Source: Candidatus Poribacteria bacterium
Lineage (GTDB): Bacteria; Poribacteria; WGA-4E; WGA-3G
Direction: 5' to 3'
Length of the DNA stretch: 64,000 nucleotides
Assembly (NCBI GenBank): GCA_022827885.1
Contig: JAJEIP010000066.1
Location: 142,292 to 206,291, forward strand
Under the pieces are notes generated by a model, which did no database searches, was not told the origin of the DNA, and worked only from the letters and a program-made list of their open reading frames with translations. A program made the translations under genes and the position numbers. Positions 46,285 through 54,188 of the stretch are shown piece by piece; the stretch's first letter is position 1, and each line of letters begins with the position of its first letter.

Positions 46285-47088
46285 ATGCTCTCAGAACAGC
46301 AAGTCAAGCATTTTCAGACATTGGGCTTCCTCATTTTTCGGCAGGTGTTCAGCCAAGACGAGCTGAACACAATACACGAGGAGTTTGAAGCCGCGATGGC
46401 ATCTGCATACCGTCATGCCCCCTTTGATGGAACACACCGACATTGGCTGCCAATGATGGGACCCGAAACCCCATTCTTCGCGAACCTGCCGGAAGACGCA
46501 CGGTTCTGCGAGGTGGCAGAGCAACTCTACGGCGACGATGTCTTTTTCGTCGTTTCCGACGCCAACCGTTATGTGGGCAATACAGGTTGGCATCCCGACC
46601 ATAACGTCGATCCAACCAAAGATTGCTACGGGGTGAAGTTCGCATATTATCTTGAACCCGTTGACGCCGAAAGCGGCGCGTTACGGTTGATTCCCGGCTC
46701 TCACAAAAATCCGCTGCACGACGATCTGCGGGAGAATTTGAACGAGTTGGGACTGGAGATTTGTGACGTTCCGGGTTATGTTTGCAAATCGGAACCCGGC
46801 GATGTGGTTGCTTTTGATATGCGGTGCTGGCATGCCAGCTGGGGTGGCAACGATGACCGTCGAATGTGCACTATCGTTTACTATAACAACCCAAAAACGC
46901 CAGTAGAAAATGCTGCCACACGCGACCGCGCCCGTAGCAATGCGAAGAGTCCCGAACATTTTAACCGCCCCGGTGAGCCGCTCTACGATCCACACTGGGT
47001 CGCAAACCCAGCGGGCAGTGAAAAACGGCAGCGTTGGATTGATCGGTTACGTACGTTGGGATTTTTGGATGCTGTTTCAACTGATTAA
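46285..47088 (+). CDS. phytanoyl-CoA dioxygenase family protein
   Basis: FQTLGFLIFRQVF, GWHPDH and CWHASWG motifs. Confidence 0.75.
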   Translation: MLSEQQVKHFQTLGFLIFRQVFSQDELNTIHEEFEAAMASAYRHAPFDGTHRHWLPMMGPETPFFANLPEDARFCEVAEQLYGDDVFFVVSDANRYVGNTGWHPDHNVDPTKDCYGVKFAYYLEPVDAESGALRLIPGSHKNPLHDDLRENLNELGLEICDVPGYVCKSEPGDVVAFDMRCWHASWGGNDDRRMCTIVYYNNPKTPVENAATRDRARSNAKSPEHFNRPGEPLYDPHWVANPAGSEKRQRWIDRLRTLGFLDAVSTD

Positions 47089-47148
47089 TACTGTTTCCCG
47101 TAAAACATGCCTGTTCGCCGATTTGCAGAATTATGCAACCTTCTCCCC

Positions 47149-47178
47149 TTGATTCGCGTCACTACATCAAAATATAAT
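47149..47178 (+). promoter_or_regulatory. sigma70-type promoter (TTGATT-18 nt-TATAAT)
   Basis: Read directly. About 55 nt upstream of the ATG at 47235. Confidence 0.5.
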
Positions 47179-47234
47179 GAATGCTAAGAACCGAGATTCA
47201 AGTTTATCCTTACTGACAGGAGAGATTGGCATTG

Positions 47235-48494
47235 ATGAAAAACGATGATGTGACATTGGTGCACCGCGCTCTGGCAGGCGACGAAACAGCTTTCGCAACG
47301 TTAGTAGAGAAATACCAAAAACAGGTTCACGCCACCGCGTGGCGAACAACTCAGGATTTCCACATTGCTGAAGACATCGTCCAAGAGACTTTTCTGAAAG
47401 CCCATCAGAGACTTGACACTCTGAGTGATCCCCATCGATTTTCTGGGTGGATTAACGCTATTGCTACACGGTGTTGTCTTGCGTGGTTTCGTGAGAAACG
47501 CTTGAATACCCAGCTTTCCGAAAATATAAGCAGTGCCACGAGACGGAATGACTCATATTCTGGCTATCTCGTGGGAGAGCAAGCGAAAGAGGCATCACAA
47601 GAACTACGCGAAATTGTAAAAAAATGGCTTGCGAAATTATCGGAAAATGAGCGGACCGTCATAACCCTCCACTATTTCGATGGAATGCTCTGCGAAGACA
47701 TAGCCGCTTTTTTAGGTGTAACCACAAACACCATAAAAAGTCGACTCAACCGCGCACGGAATCGGTTAAAAAGGAATAAATCCCTGGAACAATCTGCTCT
47801 TGATGACTTTCAGACCTTCGCGATACTAAGTGAGGCGGTTAAAACCGAACGTAAGATTCGGGTATGTATTAACGCCTCTATCGAGGATGGCGATCAATTT
47901 AGAGAAGGAGGGGCTTCTCTGATAAAAACCGATGTGTCTTTGAGACTTTCCAGTTTTGGTTGGGAAGAACACGATAAGGGTGAACCCGTCACAATGCCTT
48001 TGTTGGGAACTTCTATTACGCCTTCCGTTCTTAGATTTCCCACGGTCATAGGTGACACCTGGATCCAAGAGGGATTCTGGGACTCATTGGCGAAGACAAC
48101 TTTAGAAGGATATGAACAAGTGGAAGTTTCTGCTGGAACTTTTCCGACGTGCCTCAAGCACAAAAGTATCCTTATCACCACGCCACCACATTTTCAGAAC
48201 AATCTACTGGCAACTTCCAATGGTAAACCGTATAAGCGAGGTTCTAAAGAGAATAGTTTATTTGTCAACGGCACACGCTATTTATGGTTTGCCGAGGGAA
48301 TTGGGCTTGTGAAAATGCGCTACGAACATGCCAATGGTCTCACAACGGCGGCAGAATTAATAGAATACAGAGTCCCGGGCAAGATAGAAGAATATCATCC
48401 GTTGCAGATTGGTTCTACGTACACATATAAATATTATAGTGTATTTCTTGATGAAACGGTTCTTGAAACATGGCGCGTCACTGAAAACTTCTAA
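47235..48494 (+). CDS. ECF-type sigma factor fused to a roughly 220 aa C-terminal beta-rich domain
   Basis: Region 2 AEDIVQETFLKAHQRL..FSGWINAIATRCCL. Region 4 ERTVITLHYFDGMLCEDIAAFLGVTTNTIKSRLNRARNRL. The following roughly 220 aa have no TM segment and include VEVSAGTFPTCL..LWFAEGIGLVKM. Confidence 0.75.
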   Translation: MKNDDVTLVHRALAGDETAFATLVEKYQKQVHATAWRTTQDFHIAEDIVQETFLKAHQRLDTLSDPHRFSGWINAIATRCCLAWFREKRLNTQLSENISSATRRNDSYSGYLVGEQAKEASQELREIVKKWLAKLSENERTVITLHYFDGMLCEDIAAFLGVTTNTIKSRLNRARNRLKRNKSLEQSALDDFQTFAILSEAVKTERKIRVCINASIEDGDQFREGGASLIKTDVSLRLSSFGWEEHDKGEPVTMPLLGTSITPSVLRFPTVIGDTWIQEGFWDSLAKTTLEGYEQVEVSAGTFPTCLKHKSILITTPPHFQNNLLATSNGKPYKRGSKENSLFVNGTRYLWFAEGIGLVKMRYEHANGLTTAAELIEYRVPGKIEEYHPLQIGSTYTYKYYSVFLDETVLETWRVTENF

Positions 48495-48572
48495 ATCCAA
48501 AGGGGGCTATGGGAAGTGAACAGTGGTAGTGAAGCGACAACCATCTATACTTTATATAACTGAGGGAATACG

Positions 48573-50072
48573 ATGCTTTGGACGATTGTTAGGAGAGAAA
48601 TCACAGCAAATATCTTGAGTTTCAGATTTCTCATGGGACTCCTCATCTATTTTTCCTTGATTGTGACAAATCTCTTCGTTTTGACCAGAGGTTATGAAGA
48701 TAGACTGCAAAGCTACCAAACGGCTCTCCGAGAAAATGAAGATCAGATAGGACAGGTTAAAAAATATTCTGAATTCGGTCAAATCGGTCAAACGCCTAAA
48801 CTGAAGTGTAATAGGAAACCGAAGTTGTTGAGCATCTTCAACGAAGGTGTGGATAAAAGGAAGGGCAATTCGGTAGCTGTGGCGCACGGTTCTGTTCCTG
48901 CCGTTGCGGAACAACACGGTTCTGATAATCCATATTTGAACATCTTTTCCTCTATTGACTTCACGGTCATCTGTCAAGTGGTGATGAGTCTGCTCGCCCT
49001 GCTTTTCTCTTACGACGCTATATCGCGAGAGAAGGAAGCCGGGACTTTGAGATTAGCACTCTCCTGCGCAATTCCGAGACCAACGCTGCTGCTGGGCAAA
49101 TATATTGCTGGGATGGCATCCATTTCTCTGCCGCTTGTTGCGAGTTTTGTGGGCGGCTTGTTGGTGATACAATTTTCTCCGTATGTCTCTTTCAGCAGTT
49201 CAGAGTGGGTGCGGATATTGTTAATCTTTCTCGTCTCTATGCTTTACGTCTCCCTCTTTTTTCTTATTGGACTTTTCCTCTCCGCTCGGACACACCGCGC
49301 CTCTATCACGCTGATGTTCTCCATGTGTGTCTGGGTGTTTTTCGTGCTGATCGTTCCAAATTTAACTGTTTTATGGGTGGAACATGCGAGTCCGATTCGC
49401 TCAGAACGATCGTCCAAAACACAGGCAGATGAATTGTGGACGGAATTTAGGACCAAAGTTGCAGAGTATTTGAAAGAACGCGGTGTTGAAAATCCTTGGG
49501 ATCATGCCAAACCGGGTGGTTTGGGGAGAAGTTCAGACAGAAGTTCTTATGGCAGCGGAGAGATCATAGAGATGAGCCGTTTTGCAAACGAGGACGGTAT
49601 ACCGTTTATCCAGGAATTTTATGGATTCAAGGAAAATCTACGGGCACAATACGCCGATAGGATGTGGCAAATACGTAAAGCGTATCTCGACGAGAATCCG
49701 AACCGACAGTCTCTCTTGGCACTGAACATATCCCGTATATCTCCAGCTGCGGTTTACTACAACACCGCTGCAATTCTGGCAGAAACAGATTTGGGAAGTT
49801 TCTATCAGTTTATGGAGCAGACTCGACAATACCGCCGTGAGTGGGTCGAATATCTGAGGGACGAGAAAATATTCTCTTCACGTAGATGGTTTACAGAGGA
49901 AGGGGTCCAACGGGATCTTGACCTGAGCGGCATGCCCAGGTTTAAGGAACAGAGCGAAGGCGTTGGCGGCAGCCTCCAACGCGCAGGACCAGATATCCTG
50001 ATACTCGCGGTATTAAACATCCTGTTCTTTATGGGAGCATTCATTTCATTCCTGCGCTACGACGTAATATAG
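48573..50072 (+). CDS. ABC-2-type permease-like membrane protein (large loops)
   Basis: N-terminal MLWTIVRREITANILSFRF, a core of about 5 TM segments, a roughly 200 aa soluble segment and a terminal TM. Paralogous to 50310..51767. Confidence 0.55.
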   Translation: MLWTIVRREITANILSFRFLMGLLIYFSLIVTNLFVLTRGYEDRLQSYQTALRENEDQIGQVKKYSEFGQIGQTPKLKCNRKPKLLSIFNEGVDKRKGNSVAVAHGSVPAVAEQHGSDNPYLNIFSSIDFTVICQVVMSLLALLFSYDAISREKEAGTLRLALSCAIPRPTLLLGKYIAGMASISLPLVASFVGGLLVIQFSPYVSFSSSEWVRILLIFLVSMLYVSLFFLIGLFLSARTHRASITLMFSMCVWVFFVLIVPNLTVLWVEHASPIRSERSSKTQADELWTEFRTKVAEYLKERGVENPWDHAKPGGLGRSSDRSSYGSGEIIEMSRFANEDGIPFIQEFYGFKENLRAQYADRMWQIRKAYLDENPNRQSLLALNISRISPAAVYYNTAAILAETDLGSFYQFMEQTRQYRREWVEYLRDEKIFSSRRWFTEEGVQRDLDLSGMPRFKEQSEGVGGSLQRAGPDILILAVLNILFFMGAFISFLRYDVI

Positions 50073-50154
50073 AGGATGAATCTGGATCGTTTATGGTAAC
50101 CCAACTTACTACTAACGGGTTTTGAAGATTTCAAAGAGGTCTTTCAGGTGCTTC

Positions 50155-50233
50155 CTCACCCCAGCGGGGTGATATGTCTATAGAAAATGGCGTATTTAAC
50201 CCCTGCACTCCAGCGGAGTGCTATGTCTATAAA
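50155..50233. repeat. two tandem hairpin repeat units (about 48 nt period)
   Basis: Unit 1 is CACCCC-AGC-GGGGTG + ATATGTCTATAGAAA (hairpin 50157-50171). Unit 2 is GCACTCC-AGC-GGAGTGC + TATGTCTATAAAT (hairpin 50205-50221). The stems differ by compensating changes. Confidence 0.65.
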
Positions 50234-50309
50234 TAACTGGCAACTTGCGCTATGGTAGGAAACCCATTTATTTCTCGCTGTTCAGTTGATATGACCAAAA
50301 GAGGGGAAC

Positions 50310-51767
50310 ATGATCTGGCATATAGCAAAACGCGAAATTCTTGATAATCTGACCCGTTTCCGATTCGCGCTCACAGTGGTTTTGGTAATGGCACTAATGG
50401 TGATGAATGCCGTGCTATTTGTGAGTAGTCAATATCCGCGAAGAATCGCAGAATATTCGCAAGACATCAACGCCGCGACGGAATCAATGAAGGAACGAAG
50501 TGCCAGTTTAGGCGAGTTAGGTGTGAAAGGTCCAGGTGATCTCTACAAGAAGCCAAGTCCACTGGCGTTTATCGCCACGGGTGCAGACGCAAAATTGCCC
50601 AAACGGGTCACCGCGAACGCTTCTTCCGGCAGCAACTGGACTGCCTCCAATTTTCACTACTCACATTCAAACAATTGGTGGCTTGAATATACACAAGATG
50701 TCTTTCAGAAAAATGATGCACTCCCAAATTTCACGGAATTAGACTGGACGTTCATCATCGGATTGGTTATGAGTTTCATGGCGATCCTATTCACCTATGA
50801 TGCAATCTCTGGAGAGCGTGAAGTAGGGACCTTAAGCCTGCTCATGTCCAACTCGGTCTCCCGTGCTACCGTGCTTCTGGCAAAGTTTATCGGTGCGTTT
50901 CTGACACTCATGCTACCCGTCCTTATTGGGATATTACTGAATTTAATGATTGTCAACGCTTCAAAATTGGTGTCACTCGATGGAAGTGAATGGCTAAGAT
51001 TTGGAATAATCGTTGTTATTTCCGCCCTTTACATCTCAATATTCTTATGGCTTGGACTGTGTATCTCAAGTCAATTTTCCAATTCGTCAAGCAGCTTGCT
51101 GGTCCTACTTCTGATTTGGGTCGTATTTGTGGTACTTATTCCGAACACAATGGGGGCATTGGCGAGCGGTTTCCAGCAGGTTCCCTCCAGAAGCGAAGTT
51201 TTTCGGTTAAAGCAGGCAAAACTGGATGAAATCCATGAACGATACTGGAAAGATAGAAAACTCTTCCAATTCGGTTCCCCTTCCGATAATCCACCCAACA
51301 TTGAGGCATTAAGAACATGGGCGGGTTATCTCACTGAACGTGCGGATGCGAAGAGTAGATTTGATGACGCGCATCTGGATAAGCAGTTCGCACAGGTTGG
51401 GTTTACGCAACAAATTACGCGGTTATCCCCGGCGGCTATCTACAAATACGCTTTAGAATCTCTGGCGGGTACAGGGTTCGCGAGACATGAAAGGTTTGTC
51501 CAACAAGCACGCCGCTATAGAAAACAGTTCGTTGATTTTATCCAATCAGAGGACAGAGCAGACAACGAAAGTTACCATGTTTATCTCGTAAAAGAAGGCT
51601 TATCCCAAAAGCCAGTTGCCTTTAGTAGCATTCCCAAGTTCTCAGAAAAACTGACCGTCGGGAGCGCTTTCAAAGGGGCGTTGTTAGATCTAATGTTGTT
51701 AGTTTTACTCGCGCTCCTCCTGTTTATGGCGACTGTTTTGGCGTTTATGCGAAGCGATGTGAAATAA
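50310..51767 (+). CDS. ABC-2-type permease-like membrane protein (paralog)
   Basis: MIWHIAKREILDNLTRFRF. Same architecture and conserved patches (YDAISGERE.GTL..L) as 48573..50072. Confidence 0.55.
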   Translation: MIWHIAKREILDNLTRFRFALTVVLVMALMVMNAVLFVSSQYPRRIAEYSQDINAATESMKERSASLGELGVKGPGDLYKKPSPLAFIATGADAKLPKRVTANASSGSNWTASNFHYSHSNNWWLEYTQDVFQKNDALPNFTELDWTFIIGLVMSFMAILFTYDAISGEREVGTLSLLMSNSVSRATVLLAKFIGAFLTLMLPVLIGILLNLMIVNASKLVSLDGSEWLRFGIIVVISALYISIFLWLGLCISSQFSNSSSSLLVLLLIWVVFVVLIPNTMGALASGFQQVPSRSEVFRLKQAKLDEIHERYWKDRKLFQFGSPSDNPPNIEALRTWAGYLTERADAKSRFDDAHLDKQFAQVGFTQQITRLSPAAIYKYALESLAGTGFARHERFVQQARRYRKQFVDFIQSEDRADNESYHVYLVKEGLSQKPVAFSSIPKFSEKLTVGSAFKGALLDLMLLVLLALLLFMATVLAFMRSDVK

Positions 51768-51896
51768 AATGTGGAGAAGCCACGATTGAAAATCACCACG
51801 TTTGATGGAACAGATCCTTTTTGACTGTTCTTATCAAATGTGGTATCATTTTAATAAAGGGAAGGGACCAGTTGTAGCCACTTAGAATTTATTGGA

Positions 51897-52745
51897 TCAA
51901 TCGACGGTTGGGCGTGGCGGATTTTCCCAGTGTCCACCGTTATCTGTTCCGCTTACGACGACGCCTTCCCTATCCCAGCGATAAGAGGCGTGGACATCGG
52001 CGGAGCAGTAGCGTAAGGTGAGACCGCAACGCCGCCTCGGTGAGGGATTGGCGTTCGAGCCGTGTAAAAGCAGGTCAGTGTGAATAGAGATTTCACCAGC
52101 CTTGAGTTCAACATCCACGGGTTCGCCATACTGTTCTGCGTTTTCAACGATTTGTCCCAGAACGCTATTGTCGTTGGGATCGCTGTGCCGAGTTGTCAAA
52201 TGTCCCAGGTGATGTGAACCTGAAATGAACCGCATCGCGCCGTTCTCAACAGTGGCGTCGTCGATGGCGAGCCAGACCGTAACCGTCTTGGAAGGGGAGA
52301 GGGGCCAGTAACCCGCGTCTTGATGCCAACCGACAGTTTTCGAGTCGTGCGGCATTTTGCAGAAGTAGTGCGCCCCCCAACCGATAACATCCTCATCGAT
52401 CAGGTCTTTCACACAAGCGACGATCTTTGGGTGCGTGAGAAGGTCATAGACCTTTCCGTATTTCATGTGTGCGGAGATAATTGAGTAACTGCTTCCGCCT
52501 TCTGCCATGACGCTTGCTAACAGGGTATCGAAGTATTGACGGTGTTCACCGATTTCGGCGTCACCGAAAATCGGGATGCCTTTGATATAACCGACGCTGT
52601 TGAAATGCGTTACCTGTTCTTGGGTCAACACCTTCGGTTGTTCGGTGACGCTTGGATGAAATTGGAGATCGCGTCCCATTTCGGCGAGTTGCTCCCAGGT
52701 CGGCATGATTTTGTCGGTTTTGTAGGTTACGCCTTGGTTTGACAT
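51897..52745 (-). CDS. phytanoyl-CoA dioxygenase family protein
   Basis: GWHQDAGYW and LLHGSNAN motifs. 282 aa. Confidence 0.8.
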   Translation of the reverse strand: MSNQGVTYKTDKIMPTWEQLAEMGRDLQFHPSVTEQPKVLTQEQVTHFNSVGYIKGIPIFGDAEIGEHRQYFDTLLASVMAEGGSSYSIISAHMKYGKVYDLLTHPKIVACVKDLIDEDVIGWGAHYFCKMPHDSKTVGWHQDAGYWPLSPSKTVTVWLAIDDATVENGAMRFISGSHHLGHLTTRHSDPNDNSVLGQIVENAEQYGEPVDVELKAGEISIHTDLLLHGSNANPSPRRRCGLTLRYCSADVHASYRWDREGVVVSGTDNGGHWENPPRPTVD

Positions 52746-52909
52746 TATTGCCCCTTATGTAAATTCTGATTGCATCTTACCATAAATATAACGAAAATGG
52801 TATAATATATTGTTGCATTGACGAGGTTGTGACCCTACCACGTCAATCAAGACGTATACTTATAGAAATCCATAGAGATAAATTACATTTTAAAAATTGA
52901 GGTTAATGA

Positions 52910-54040
52910 ATGGCGCACGCCTATACCCCCGGTCTTAAGGTTACCGAGGGAATGACAATTCAGAAAGAACGTCGACTTCCGCTGCAAGGCGAAGTTCTCG
53001 TTGAAGCCGGGGCAGCAGTCCAGGCAGAGGATGTCGTCGCGAAGGCGGATCTGCCGGGCAACGTCCAACTGTTGAACGTTGCTAACCTACTCAGTGTCCC
53101 CGCAGAAGAAATTACAGAATACATGCTCAAACCTGTCGGCGAAACTATTGCCAAAGATGAGATTATCGCCACGACAAAAGGACTTTTTGGGCTTTTCAAA
53201 TCGCAGGCACGTTCACCGATTGACGGCACAATCGAAGCCGTGTCCGATGTCACAGGACAGGTCATTCTCCGAGAACCACCGATTCCTGTGGAAGTCAAGG
53301 CTTACACAGATGGCACAGTAACGGAGATCTCCCCAAATGAGGGTGTCACTGTAGAGACTTACGGGACCTACATTCAAGGCATCTTCGGGGTTGGCGGTGA
53401 AACAATCGGGAATTTGACTGTGACTGTCTCTTCTCCGAGTGATGGATTGACTGCGGAACAGATCTTCCCTGAGCACCGGGACCACATTTTGGTCGGTGGT
53501 TCGCTGGTCACGACTGAGGCAATTCAGAAAGCAATCCAACAAGGTGTAAAGGGTATCATTGCCGGTGGGATTGATGATGCGGATCTACGTGAGCTTCTCG
53601 GTTACGAACTCGGTGTCGCGATTACAGGTTCCGAGGAGATCGGGATTACATTGGTTATCACGGAGGGGTTCGGAAGCGTCGCAATGGCGGAGCAAACGTT
53701 TGACCTCTTGAAAACGCGGGAAGGTATGAAGACCTCTATCAACGGTGCGACGCAGATTCGTGCCGGTGTCGTCCGTCCGGAGATCGTGATCCCAGTGGTA
53801 TCGGGCGCTGCAGAAACGGTGACGGAGAAGGATGGAAGCGTGGAAGGCATTTTGGAGGTCGGCAGTTCCGTCCGTATCATTCGGGAACCGTATTTCGGTA
53901 AATTGGGACGTGTTACGGAATTACCTGTAGAACTTCAGAACTTAGAGACAGAGGCGCAGGTACGGGTGTTGCGTGTTGAACTCGAAGACGGTGAGCAAAC
54001 CACTTTACCGCGTGCTAATGTTGAAGCGATTGAGGAATAA
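52910..54040 (+). CDS. conserved hypothetical protein (lipoyl-like barrel-sandwich segments, KOW-like C-terminus)
   Basis: ARSPIDGTIEAVSDVTGQVIL resembles hybrid-barrel motifs. The C-terminus VGSSVRIIREPYFGKLGRVTEL..VRVLRVELEDGE resembles KOW. No confident family assignment. Confidence 0.45.
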   Translation: MAHAYTPGLKVTEGMTIQKERRLPLQGEVLVEAGAAVQAEDVVAKADLPGNVQLLNVANLLSVPAEEITEYMLKPVGETIAKDEIIATTKGLFGLFKSQARSPIDGTIEAVSDVTGQVILREPPIPVEVKAYTDGTVTEISPNEGVTVETYGTYIQGIFGVGGETIGNLTVTVSSPSDGLTAEQIFPEHRDHILVGGSLVTTEAIQKAIQQGVKGIIAGGIDDADLRELLGYELGVAITGSEEIGITLVITEGFGSVAMAEQTFDLLKTREGMKTSINGATQIRAGVVRPEIVIPVVSGAAETVTEKDGSVEGILEVGSSVRIIREPYFGKLGRVTELPVELQNLETEAQVRVLRVELEDGEQTTLPRANVEAIEE

Positions 54041-54188
54041 TTGTTAGTTGTGAAAAAGAAAGCATCTCAGAAGATCTTTGCTGGTGGATTTCGTCTTTCC
54101 TATTGTAGAAGGATAAGACGGGGCTGAAGAGATGAACGTGTTTATCATTCATCTCTAAGGGATTTCTTGGTTATAGCGAAAATAGAGT

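Noticed and set aside
50155-50233. CRISPR-like direct repeats.
   Set aside because: There are only two units, the repeats are not identical, the spacing is short, each unit is itself a hairpin, and no cas genes are present in the window. The feature is better described as REP-like units.
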